Shown here one piece after another: positions 52,101-64,000 of a DNA stretch of 64,000 nt. The position numbers were made by a program, and so were the translations under genes. The notes below the pieces were generated by a model. It saw only the letters and a list, made by a program, of their open reading frames with translations. It did not search any database and was not told the origin of the DNA. This DNA is from Paraspadella gotoi (Eukaryota; Animalia; Chaetognatha): assembly GCA_051294375.1 (NCBI GenBank), contig CM119270.1:21171775-21235774 (forward strand). Direction: 5' to 3'. Each line of letters starts with the position of its first letter. The stretch's first letter is position 1.

Positions 52101-53699
52101 CTTTACTCGCGCCACAGGAGAATCCCAACTTTTTCAGATGAAATTTAAATAAAACGCAGAAAAAGACGGAATAAGAAAGTAAAAATAACTAATGATTAAA
52201 ATGAAAAAACATTAAAAATCAATAAAAGAAGACGAGCTATTCAGCTCACAGAAAAGGAAAAAAGGCTTTCGAGAAAAGCCTAACGCCATCGAATTAAAGT
52301 AAAAAAAAGTAGCCTAAGCTTCAGGCGCGGGGGCCCTGTATCATTAGAGAAAAATACCCGAGAGTCAAGATTACTCCCGCGCTCGACGGCAGATTAATTT
52401 AATATTTAAAAATGAAAAGAAATACTAATAATATAAAAAATTAATCCTAATCATTTAATAATTAAACCCGTTAATTAAACGCTCGGTTATTTAATAAATT
52501 CTCTAAATAATTTTTACTTTAAAAACGCAAAAAAGCGATTCTAAAAATGAAAACTTTAAACTTTTCTGCGACCTGGGCCGTCGCAACAAAAAATTGGAAA
52601 AAAACTTCTGCGGCCCCCGTTTAAAATATAATAAATTGTCTGGCCGTATAGAACGGACGCAGACAGAAAAAAGAAAAATTGTCCGGTTCGAGTAAAGAAC
52701 AGGACAGCGGACACAAAAAACAATAGCTAAAAGAGAGAGTTTACTACTATGAATCCCGTTTATTCCGTCGAAACGTCGTCAGATGAAATTTCCCGGAGAA
52801 AAATCCACTACCCATTGACGAACGACGAACCGGAACGCGTTGAGTTCTGTAAACAGCATGGTAAAGGGCACGAATAAAAATTAAAGAAATAAATAATTAA
52901 AATGTTATATACAGGTGTGCGGAAAAATGTAGATTAAAAAGCAGCCTAGGTAATTTATAATCAAAAGGTACATTTTTGCGACTTTAATCTTATCTTAAGC
53001 ACATTTAATAATTGTTTAGCGATGCCGTGACTGAGAAAATGACTCAGAGCTGACACAATGCGCGTAATATTACTTACTTTACTGTGCCCAAAATAACATA
53101 GAGTAAATCACGTGACATTTAAACCACCAATATTTAAATAGCTCAAGTGGTTTTAACAGGGGATGGGAGCTTCCGTCCCAAAACCTTTAACAATGATTAA
53201 TATGTGCTGTAAACAAGATCTTAGCCCTATGTCTCCAGAAGGGAAAGGTTAGGGCTGTATGGCTAAACGCCTGTCCCGGCAAAACAACTTCAAAAAAAAA
53301 AAAAAAAAAATATAAAACAATCTCAAATATCTCCCGCGCGGACCCCACGGACACCAAGGCTTGCCCACTACACAGCAGAGAGCGGGCGTCGGAGACTGGA
53401 AAACTCAAACAACGTCCCTCTCTAACCCTGCTGCCTGCAGACTTGAGGGACCAGCGCGCCTGCCCTTCGCGATCTTGCCTGATCCCGGGAGTACTGCCTC
53501 TTTCGGAGACTGTTACCGACGCCGGAAATGATCAACTGAAACGCCAACAATGCCTGCCGGTGACCTCAAATTCCTCTGACGGCACGCTCCTCGCGCGGCA
53601 CCGCTAAAGCGGGGCTCGCGAGCCCGGCCGCAGACATTCGAGGTCCTGGTCCTCCCGGTGAGCAGCAGTAAGGAACTGCTCTTGTGCTCTTACTGCCAA

Positions 53700-56600
53700 A
53701 ACCTTGTACTCACCTCTACAAGGTTCGGGCTTAACAGGTTCCGCTAGTACCATAAAACAGGGGGGCCTCGGGAAATCTGTACATCGCCTTGCGAAGTCCC
53801 AGCAGATTCTTCGGCACTCTGTACTCTGCGTCTCCTGCAATCCCGCGAGACGACCGCCAACGTCGAAAACGCCTGCAGGAGCCTGTCGAGCAGGAACTTG
53901 CTGACCTTGGCTGTCGTCGTGGCAGAAGCACCTGAAAAAAGAAGTGATGGAGGCTTGCATCTTGAAGCTTTGAAAAATTTATAAGTTTGTTCCCCGCTTG
54001 AAAACCTTGGAGAAAAAACTCGACAGTGACGGTCCTCCAAACCTGGAAGAAAAGGGAGGAAAACAAAAGAAGAAGCGACAATTAACCGCGACGTCCGTAT
54101 TGGAAAAACCCGTTATGCAAATGAAGGCAAAAATATTAAAACCATAAAAAATATTTTTTTCTTTTTCCAAATAAAATTCAAAAAATCGCGAATCTTCAAA
54201 ATAACATAGCCGCGCGATGAGTAACGAATAAAAACCGAAACGGCGAATAAAATCGGCATAAAACCGATTAGACTGTACCGCCAAAATCCCATTTTGAGCT
54301 TACTTTAAAATGTGAAATCCGTATACATAAAAAATTAGACAAACGAGAATAATTCGAAGACTTCATTTTTACTGTCAAATCTGAACAAAAAATTTCGAGT
54401 AGGGTTGCACTTACGAAAATCGAAAATAAATAAATAAATTAATATTTTTTACCCTACTTCCAGCTACTGAAAATAATAAAATAAATTCTTAAAATAAAGT
54501 ACTAACCAAAACAAAACAAGTTTCCTGAAGAACATTTGTCTTAAACAGTAAAAACAAATAAACAAAAAAAATTCAAAAAATCTGAAAAATAATTTAATGC
54601 AGAATTTCAGGTTTGTGGGCAGTTCCCTATGGGGGAAATTCACTCGGCGCCGAACGAAATCAAAGCCAAAATTAAGGGAAAAACGAATTTTCCTTTTTTC
54701 GGCCGAAAGCCTACTGTAAACATTTTCGGTTATGATAGCAATAATAATAAAAATATAGGGCACAGAGTATGTTCTTTGAAGGTGAGGTATTCGTATTTAT
54801 TTTAAACTTTCCCTATCTAATATCAAAACGGATGATTATTAAAAATCGATCGCGATCGAAAATTTTTCAATTAAGGTCGCGTACGAACGCGCAGCCGCCC
54901 CGTACGAGTCCGTTTGCTAGGCACCTTCTGATTTAACGCCGGGGCCTCACAGGCTCGTCAACTTGGTTTCGTGCAGCCAAAGAAGGAGCGAGTAGGCCGA
55001 CCTCATGGATGCCAATGTGGAATAAAGATGTCGTCTGACGTTAAAGGAAATGATAATTCTCGGGCGTCTGAGGCGAGACGATGGAATCGCTCCATGATCG
55101 GATCTTTCGACCTCGGAGGACAAGCGTTGAAGCGTGTTTCCCGCCCCCGCAGTCGACGAAGCAGAGAACAACCCACGAAGAGGCGAGATAGACTCTCCAG
55201 GCACATCTTGTAGTTGATAGGCCGATTAAACATGAGAAAAAGTTCCATCTGAAACCGAAAAATATATTCTACATTTAGGGCGAAAGAGGCCGATTCGCTG
55301 TCGAATGGATTTCGACGAAGAGAACTCGAGGGATGCTTCTTGCCGCAGATCACGTTGAAGCTAAAAAGTCCATAACACGTCCGCAACGAAAGGCCAGCAT
55401 TACGATCCAGCAGCGGCCACGAGGCAACGGAAAATATGGGCGGTGAGAACGGGAGAGCGTCGAGAGGAGGAGCCACCGCGTCAACTCGGGCGACGAAAAC
55501 TCGCGGATGATGCCTTTGGTTACCCATGGAGACGCAGAAGCATCGGTAAATTGGCCACGTCCGATCCCAGCGCCCAAGAAATAAATCAGGTTCCCGCCCC
55601 CGCCAATCCCAAAATGGGAATTAAATTCCCATATCACCATTTTCCCAGTGAAAAATTGAGAGAGAGAGGCCCAGATTCGCATCAATCGGACGTTTCTCTA
55701 TTCGTCCACCAAGGGATGATCCAATGATTTTTAAGATAATTCGATATTGAAAAACGTCGAGAAAAACGCATTTTTTTAAACTCGAAATTTACTAATACTT
55801 TGACGATGAGCGAAAATCGCCATGAAAAAAAATAACGAATTTAAAAACATGAAATTTATCTGCGATACGGTAAGACAGAATTAGGCGAACGAAACGCGGA
55901 TAAAAAAATTTACTCAAGACTAAACGCTTGGAACGCGGACTTAACATAACGACGCGCGCAGGCGATCTCGGAAGGCATCCCACGAAGAAGAACATCTCCG
56001 GCGTCGTCTCTGTAGGGGCGTGGCCGCGATCAGCAGAAGATAAAAATCTCGATGAAGTAAATTTCGACAAGCACCAGTCACCTTAGGCCCGTTCAAGACG
56101 TATCGGTCGACCGAATTCGCTCGCACAGGCGAAGCCACCCTGCACGTTGAAGACACGCTTCGTGATGGCGCCGGAAAATATCGGCGTCGAAATGTCGCCG
56201 AAACTCAGCCGGCTGAGCTGCTCGTTGTCGACATCGATACGAAGGTCAGGTTGTAAGATGAATTCCGCGAGCTCGACGACGCCCTTGGGCCGAATTGGAT
56301 CGTCGACGTCTCTGTAGAAAAGGAATCTTTCTACCACGGCAAATTGCGAATCTCGCATCCACGAGATGAAAATAAAAGGAGAGAAATCTTTTCTCCGCGC
56401 AGGTGAAGCGTCGTCACAAAAACGGCAAGAACGTCGACGGGCGAGGGACATCCTCCATGAATCCAGATGGAACCGCGTCGTCAACCGAAGAATCTCAATT
56501 TTTATCAGCCTTTGGCCTAGGGAGTGTAGACTCAGAGCCGAGAATAAAATATTTAACGAAGACTAAGCTGTAATTTTCAATTCACTTTGTAAAAACGGAT

Positions 56601-56917
56601 TATTTTAAAACGCAATATCTCCATAATCCAAATATACAAAGCTGATTACGTCGTCGCTCGGAAAGACGTTCACGATCGCCGCCGCTGGCGGAAACCAGCG
56701 CACCCCCGCTCGGCGGCTAAAACAGCAAAGTCACGTAGGCCTGGAAACTCCGGCGCCGGTTCCTGACCAATTCGGCTGGCGGCGGTTCACGACCTAATTT
56801 TCTCCGTTGCTCCTCCGAATAGTCTTGAATTAGCATGAAGAGAGCCTTTGAAAAAATCCGCGCATCTCGACGGGGCTCAATTCCGTCAAATGGAGGAGCG
56901 GCATGATGATTTTTGTC
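53700..56917 (-). pseudogene. Frameshifted multi-exon coding-like region, tentatively a Toll-like receptor (LRR, LRRCT, TM, TIR)
   Basis: GC-rich exon-like blocks with fragments in the expected order: LTEL..FFQRLSS, FTC..FISWMR, FACAS..GRPI, a hydrophobic stretch, FDSESASFALN..NYKMCL and VPKNLLGLRKAMYRFP. The fragments are stitched across frames by eye. Confidence 0.35.
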
Positions 56918-56942
56918 NNNNNNNNNNNNNNNNNNNNNNNNN
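56918..56942. other. Assembly gap, exactly 25 N
   Basis: Directly visible; abuts a (GA)n tract. Confidence 0.95.
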
Positions 56943-58247
56943 GAGAGAGAGAGAGAGAGAGAGAGAGAGCGTCTTTTTCGCGAACCGAGTTTCTTGTTGC
57001 GTTGAGTCGTTAAAAAGTTTTTCCCAGACGAAACCATCAAAACTTTGGCGCCAAATTTCGCCTTTTTCTTCTTTTTTTTCATTCTCTCTTTAAAAAAAAA
57101 TGAGAATAATCTTTCGACTTTACGTTTTATAATTATTCTTTGCTTCTTTGTTTTTATTTTGGTAATATTGTCAATTAGACATTATATTATAATTATTATT
57201 ATATCTGAATCAAGAGTATTTGCCTGTAAAGTAGTTTGAGTTTTAAAAATATAGAGAGAATGAGAGAGACTGAAAGAGCGAGAGAAAGAGAGAAAGAGAG
57301 AAAGAGAAAAAGAGAAAGATAGAAAGAAAAACCGCAATTGGTAGTATATTTCAATCTTCTAATTCTTTCAGTTTTCCATTAAATATTCGAATATTGTTCT
57401 TAATAAAGATAAACAAAATTAAGAAATAGCAAAAAAAATACAGAAATAAATGCGGAAGAAGAGGAAGAGGAAGAAGAGGAAGAAAAAATATATTTGCAGG
57501 AGGAGCAGGAAGAGGAAGAGGAAAAGAAAGAAATAAGTTGAAAACGGCGGAAGTGATAAGTTCGCCGTTGGTGGCAGCAAAGTCGGTGAAAACAAAAGGG
57601 AAAACTTTATAAACAAAAAGTAAATAAAATTATAACATTGAGGAAAAAAAAGAGCAATGCTAGCAAGATGTAAAGTGATTAAGAAGTTAGCGACAGAAAA
57701 ACAAAATACAAGTGGCAAAAACTAAGTCTGTTCGCACCTTAAAAATTTAATTAGTAAACAATACAACCAATATAAAAATGTATTAAATTACCTATCTTGC
57801 CTATGACATTGGAAAGGCAATAGTGGGTTAATCAAAAAGACTCGCTCATATTCTAGTTTATTTACTTCCCTATCAATGAAGTGGTATAATATTTTTGTAT
57901 AATATTCTCTCTTCAAAACATGGACTCATCAGTGAAAATCTAACTGACCCTTTTTTTTTTAAATTGTCAATATTAAATAAACTGCGTACATGTTCTAGTT
58001 AAACTTGCTAAGTTTCTTCTTAGAATCTAAATAAAACAAGATTAACAAATCTAAATAAAACATGATTAACAAATCATTAAGATAAATACACAAAATACAA
58101 ATACAAACGGACGAACGAACGATTATTTTTTTTCTCCAACGCCTCCGCTTTCATAAAGTCTCCAACCCAAGATTTATGCAAGATTTATCCAAGATTTATT
58201 CGCCAGACGGGAGAGAGAAAAAAATCTCTTTCGAGGATTTAGCAGTG

Positions 58248-58280
<33 letters not shown>

Positions 58281-58495
58281 ATCAGAGGATAAAACGAAAT
58301 TTTTCTTGGCTAATTATTGTCACTCATCTTTATTCTTTATCTCGCCTTGGAAGAGAGAAAGCCGCCGCGCTTAGAAGCCAATAAATCCTCAGCTTCACTG
58401 CGGAGATGAAAAAAAAAGAGAGACTTTAATAACTTGCGAGTTATTATTACTATTTTTTTATTGTATTAATGGGAGGTTGAAAGGATTAAGGGGAA

Positions 58496-58534
<39 letters not shown>

Positions 58535-59451
58535 ATAGCGATACGATATATAAAATATATATGATTATGTATAAATTTTTTTACGAAACGTTTACAAGCG
58601 CAACTCAATCTATCCCTGAACGCGATGTTACGAACAGAACAGGAATTTGTTAATAAATAACAACCGTTAAGAAAAGCTAATACATTTAAACCTAGAACGA
58701 CATAGTTTGAAGATCAAAATTCTTCATCCACCCCCACTTTTTTTTTTCGTTTACGCAATAACAAAATGTGACATGGCAATTTGTAACAAAATTACAGCGA
58801 GAACTTGTTTAATTGGAAAGTCGTTAAATAAAAGAGGATCCGTCATTTTTCACTGAACCCTTCCTCAGTGCTAAATTAGCGACGTGTCGATAGAAGGCTC
58901 GTACAATTAACACGGGTAACGTTTGTTAATAAAAAAGGAACAGTTGAAGGCCGAAAATTACGTTCAATTTAAAAAAAAGATTAATAATGAATAAGAAACT
59001 AAACCCGGCAGCGGGAAAAAGTTTTAAGTGTGACTGATGTGAAGGGACTTCCGCTTTTCATTTTTTCGCCTCGGGTTTCACAAAAGGGGTCATCTTTTCA
59101 CGATCCCATTCTCTCTCTCTCACTCTCTCGGATTTGTCAATTTTACAAAATTCAACGTCTTTTGATTTGACCGAGCTGTTTATTTTCTCACGCTCAAGGC
59201 GAAATAGGGGGGGGTAAATAAAAGAGACAAAAATTGTGAAGATAAACATTTGAAAAATAAAAAAACTTTTTGTAAATTAAATATTTGTTATATTGAAAAA
59301 AAAAAGAATTACTGCGGTTGTTTAAAAATAAAAAATAAATCTCTTGAAAATACCGCGGGCCCTGACTTCTTGAACCAGCTCAGCTCTGTGTTCAGCCAAC
59401 ATACCTTCAACCCCAGCATCTCCACCTCTCCAGCCCCAGCCCAATTCCACA

Positions 59452-59690
59452 TCAGCAATCCACAGTTCTCCTTCTTCTGCTTGTTCCTTGCTGATCGAAT
59501 TTCCAAAGTTGATCTGATCGGGGAAATCGTTTATAAGGTCAACCTCCGGTCTCCCTGCAGCCAGGGCATTCTTGCGATCGCTTGGATAAGGCTTGTTTCC
59601 ACGTTGATTCGACTCTTTGGGCCGAAGTCTCGAAAGTAGGGAATGTCGCTCTGGATGACACCAGGCCGTCGCTTCGCTTGGCGGAGCAAC
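59452..59690 (-). CDS. rab7: Rab7 last coding exon (indel-damaged)
   Basis: After CCCGTCAG|, fragments across frames read AWCH, DIPYF, ETSA, INVE, KNAL, EVDL.NDFPDQI and ENCG(C) then TGA, giving a CXC prenylation end. Confidence 0.88.
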
Positions 59691-59868
59691 CTGACGGGGA
59701 AGAAAATGGCTTTCTGACTGGGATAATATTGTGAAATCATATAAGATTAAAACTAATTCTATAACTAAGCTTATCTTAACCCGACTTTGGGACAGACTGA
59801 TGTCATTTTCTCACGATTAATAAAACATATTTTACAAAAGAGGGCGCTTTTAAAAATAATTTTCGGCA

Positions 59869-60122
59869 AAATTTTACTTCGCCGACCGGGGTTTTGCGTC
59901 TTGAAAAATTTATTTAAAAATAATTTATTTTTAAAAAAAAATCTTACTAATTACCGTTAAAACTAAATCCAATTTTTAACCCCTAACCACCACTATCCAA
60001 AACTCAATATTACCTTAAACACCCCTAACCTATTAAATACCCCTAACACTTTAAATACCCGTAATTTTTAAACTATTTTAACCCAAAAACCCCCTAATCC
60101 AAGTCGGCAAAAAGTAAAAATT
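59869..60122. mobile_element. Short inverted-repeat-bounded element with internal degenerate CCCTAA repeats, in Rab7 intron 3
   Basis: AAATTTTACTTCGCCGAC at the left end and GTCGGCAAAAAGTAAAAATT at the right end; related opposite-orientation copy at 61819-61952. Confidence 0.6.
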
Positions 60123-60333
60123 ATGGCCAGACTTTTAATTATAAATTATACATATTCACAAGCATTGTTATTCGTCTTTAACTGCTTAATTGTTCCCATT
60201 TCCACTCTCACGGCTCTGTGGTAAATGGAAAATGCACAAACAGCCTCCCATTCTTCCAAATCCTTCGGTTCACATCTCACACTCGCCTTTCACATTCACA
60301 ATGCCACGTTCTTAAAAAAAAGAAAGAACTCAC

Positions 60334-60561
60334 GGCTCGTGTTTCCAAATCAATCTTGTTGCCAGGACGCACGAAGGGGAAAGTTCTCCGGATCGCGAGG
60401 CGAGGCTTGGATCAGGAACTCGTCCGCTCCACGAGTCGAGGATTTACAGGCAGTTGGCGACGGTGAGTCCGGATGAAGCAAAGGACGCAGCGTCGGCCGC
60501 CGCGGGTAAAGGCCACGCCCAAAGGATTGGAACCGCCTTTGACCCGCGGGTGTCCCAAAAT
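60334..60561 (-). CDS. rab7: Rab7 coding exon 3 (indel-damaged)
   Basis: After CCCCAG|, fragments across frames match [22 protein letters not shown]..CVL and LDSW.DEFLIQASPRDPENFP..GNKIDLE. Donor GTGAGT. Confidence 0.93.
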
Positions 60562-61077
60562 CTGGGGATGGGGCAAAGAGACCAGGGAGTCATCGAAGGG
60601 ATATATAGCGCCGTTTCCTCGATTAGTTGATGAGAGTGGAGAAAGAGAAGTGGATGAATACTAAAATTGTTCCCAAAATGAAGTTCTTTCCTAAAATTAC
60701 GGAACATCGGGGACATTTCAAAATTCTAGCGTCGAAATTATTGAATTAAAATTAAAACCTTATTGCCCATGCTTAATTGATTTAAATTGTAAAAATTAAA
60801 CTAAATTTGAAATTAATACTATATGGAATTATGGATTAAAATTATTTGTTTAGTCCCAATCCATTCCGAAAACCTTTTAAAAATTCTAAAAAATTGTTGA
60901 AATGAATCTTTCTCATTAAATCGACATATTTCCCCCAAAAAAAATCACCAAGACTAATTTTAATTTTTAACGTGGCTAAATTTTAGCTTTAATTAATAAA
61001 AACGATATTACCATTTACTTTTATATCAAAATAATAATTGGTTATTGATTTTCCCGATCTCATCCGCCAACAACGAC

Positions 61078-61208
61078 CTGCATCGTGACTAGCCTCTCGT
61101 CCACCATGACCTTTTCCGTCAAAAGTCAGCTTCCATTCGTCGCTTTGTACTGATCTACTTGAATTTTCTTATTCACGTACTGATTCATCAGAGACGTTTT
61201 TTACCCAC
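61078..61208 (-). CDS. rab7: Rab7 coding exon 2 (indel-damaged)
   Basis: After CCTTCAG|, reads VGK.TSLMNQYVNKK..QYKAT..ADF..VMVDERLVTMQ, then a GT donor. Confidence 0.93.
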
Positions 61209-61698
61209 CTGAAGGAAGAGGAAAGGACGGAGTGGGGTACGGAAAGTAAGTTAGTGGTAAGGTTTTAAACCACGGTCGGACGGATGGAAGAGGGTAAGGC
61301 TCGGAGTTTCAAAAAAAAAGATGTCCTTGAAGAGATAAGTAATTATTGATTAAGTGTTAATGACCAGACCGTTCAATATAAGCAGTCCCCCTGAGCTTCG
61401 GATCAGTGCTTGTTAACTCCATTGCTTACAGGGGGTTAAGCGCCCCCGTCCCTCTTAACTGCTTGGCGGGCCACCGGGCTAGAACCCCGGACCTTGGGTT
61501 GGGAGGGCGAATGACTTGCCCTCCGGCACCAAATGGCCGCTGTATTGAACGTTGGTGGATTTTCGTCCACCATATCCTTAAGGATCAAGTTCATTATTTT
61601 GGGAAAATACTTACTGTGACTAACCAAAGAATTGTTAATGAATACGACTTAAAATTAAGTCATTAATTAAATAAAATAAATTGAAGTTAATTAAATAC

Positions 61699-61755
61699 CC
61701 GGAGTCTTCCGAGGATGATGACTTTTTAAAAGAACTTTTTCGTCGTGACGCCTAT
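61699..61755 (-). CDS. rab7: Rab7 coding exon 1 (start codon reads ATAG)
   Basis: Reads (M)ASRRK.VLL.KVIILG.DSG, then donor GTATTT (phase 2). An acceptor-like TCTTTTAG lies about 17 nt upstream of the start. Confidence 0.88.
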
Positions 61756-61818
61756 CTTGTGTTAATTGAAATCTAAAAGATGAAATTGTAAATATTTTAT
61801 ATCTAAGAATCGGGTTAC

Positions 61819-61952
61819 TTTTACTTTCCCGGACCTGAAGAGGTTAGGGTTAAGGGTTGTGAGGGTTATTAGGTTAATTTTTTAAAAAAAAATATTATAT
61901 TTTAAATGGTTTTTTAAAAGACGCCAAAACCGCAGTCGGCGAAGTAAAATTT
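61819..61952. mobile_element. Second, shorter copy of the inverted-repeat-bounded TTAGGG-containing element
   Basis: TTTTACTTTCCCGGAC at the left end, GGTTAGGGTTAAGGG inside, GTCGGCGAAGTAAAATTT at the right end. Confidence 0.55.
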
Positions 61953-64000
61953 ATCCCTAAGAATCTTTTTATTACTTTTGAATGAAGCGAATTTAAATGG
62001 TTATAATCTCAGTTTATTGAAAGCACTTTCTAATTAGAGTCTGCAGTGAACTGCTCGTAAAAAAATTCCACAGAATTTGGAGAGCCATAAAAAAATCACG
62101 AAGACCTCCCTTCGTTTAAGGTTCAAGTCGGTTATCTTTACAAAATCACAACCTTCACTAATCTTATCTCGGTGTAATCAGTCGAATCTGGGGTCGATTA
62201 TCTTTAATCTTCGAAGAACCTTATTTGCATTAACTTTATCGAATTTACTGCTGCAGTGGGTTCATTCCGTTATGACTCTTTTGTTTAATTCATTGAAATA
62301 ACAAATATTTTAACCGATTAAAATAAAACGCTAATTTTAACCGTTTCTGAGCTATAAAGACTAACTTAATACCAAAAATTGGCAATTCAAGCATCGTGAA
62401 TTAAACTTTAAGCGTTAAAGTGTCCACGATATTAAGAATACAAGGTCGCATTGTAAAGCCGAGGATTGGTTAAAAAATTTCTAATGTAATCATTTTCAGT
62501 GGGGGACAATCAAACCGGGGACACCAATATTTCGGCATGTATAGTATAAAATAAACGACGTAATTAATTAACATTTCCGTAACCGTGATCAAACCTTTCC
62601 GAGGAACTGTTAAAGAAATTGCATAGAGATTCCAATATATCTCCCCCAAAAATGGTCAATAATATTAATCTTACTAAATAACCAGAATTTACTCCGGAAG
62701 GCGTCCTCGTAAGTGGGAAACGCGGGACAACCTTCCAATGAGAGCATTTTGTTCAAATTTGGTCACAAACTACAATAATTTCCAGCGCGGGTTAATTGAC
62801 GTAAAATATCCAACCTGCGGAAAAAGGAAACAGAGATTGCGCGAACAGAATCTTTAGCATCACATGATTACAAAACATCTAAAAATGATCCAAAAAGTTG
62901 GAAATTACAATTAACATAAGTTTTAACTTTTATAATAAGAAGACTAGTTCGTTGTGTTGCGGTTTTCTGATTTGAGGAAATTTAAAAAAAGACCAAAAGA
63001 ATAAGGATAGAATAAAAAAGAATGGAGACGCCGCAATCACTCGTTTATTATTCAACCAGGAGTTTTTTGGCTTCGTTTTGACAGTCAAATATTGTCATCT
63101 GTTCGTCGTCTGTCGCCATCTCGAGAGTCAAAGAGAAAACTAAAGAAAAAAGGATTTTTGAGAAGAAAAACAACAAAGGGGCAACTCCAGTTGTCTAATT
63201 CATTAATGGATGATCTTTATAAATTAATGCTTAGGACAATGGTTAGTGCGATAAATCATAATATCGAATTAACTCTGAAAACTAGAGCTAAATTCCGAGC
63301 GGTTGAAACCTCGCAATGCCTTAAAAACGAAAGTTTAACAATAAATATGATTATTTCAATACGCTTTAATACCTTAAATTGTGAAACTTTTTAACCATTT
63401 TAAAATTCTCACCCTGTTTTGCTTATTTTAAACAATATGTAAAAAAAATATAATCATTTGAAAAGAATACGGATTTAAGCTTTATTTAAAGGTTTTAACT
63501 ATAATTAGCAATGAATCGCCAAAAAATGAATTATCTGAATTTATCAAGATATCAATTATCAAATATCAAATATCAAAAATCAATATCTACATGTGTTCCT
63601 AATTATTGATACAGTTTTCAAGCTATCCATTCCATTAAAAAGCCGCTTTAGTTAATATTTCTCTTCCACAACTAAATTTCCTATTTATTATCACTATATC
63701 CACGATTTAATTGGTAAAAAAAAAAACATTTTACAACATTTTAGATTCAAAAATAACTTTATACGCAAACTGATAACATCAATTCATTATCATTGTATTA
63801 TTAATTAGTGGGACAGTCTTGATTGAAAAGCTTGCAGGGACTGCTTTTTATTGCCTACTAGTAAGTGGGACGAGAGCCATGGGGCAACTTACCTTATTTG
63901 TTGAACGAATGGAATGATTGGTGGCTTCAATTTCATAAAGGACAGAATACCACTTCAAAAGGATAACTCCATCCCCACGAAGGACCGATATGAAACTGAA

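Noticed and set aside
59250-59639. Plus-strand 129-aa ORF
   Set aside because: It is the antisense shadow of the Rab7 last exon and 3' UTR.
59975-60100. Telomere or chromosome-fusion site
   Set aside because: Only scattered degenerate CCCTAA units inside a short inverted-repeat-bounded intronic element.
59452-61755. Programmed frameshifting or insertional RNA editing to rescue Rab7
   Set aside because: The indels show no sequence rule, and the same noise affects non-coding duplicates elsewhere in the window.

Overview
AT-rich invertebrate animal nuclear scaffold with spliceosomal introns and abundant (GA)n/(GAC)n microsatellites; not prokaryotic. Well-supported content: (1) an intact four-exon chordin/short gastrulation gene on the minus strand (31884-27687, 1087 aa; signal peptide, CR1, 4 CHRD, CR2-4); (2) two tandem paralogs of a divergent XK-family (Xkr-like) multipass membrane protein (about 2.3-21 kb), which seem to carry a Cys-rich loop and a partial second XK-like module; (3) a four-coding-exon Rab7 gene (61755-59452) full of indels; (4) Helentron-type non-autonomous elements, a TA-flanked MITE, tRNA-like SINE heads and a degraded Ty3/gypsy element. 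A degraded Toll-like receptor candidate (about 53.7-56.9 kb) is much less certain. Much of the window looks like unpolished long-read gap-fill: two exactly 25-N gaps, indel-rich tandem copies (1-2290, 15251-18801) and a fold-back of the chordin locus that switches direction repeatedly (33.6-45.4 kb). These apparent duplicates and pseudogenes are most likely assembly artifacts. I found no convincing new multi-gene system; the XK-like tandem genes are the best candidate for real novelty. All calls come from manual reading and motif recognition, with no database searches.
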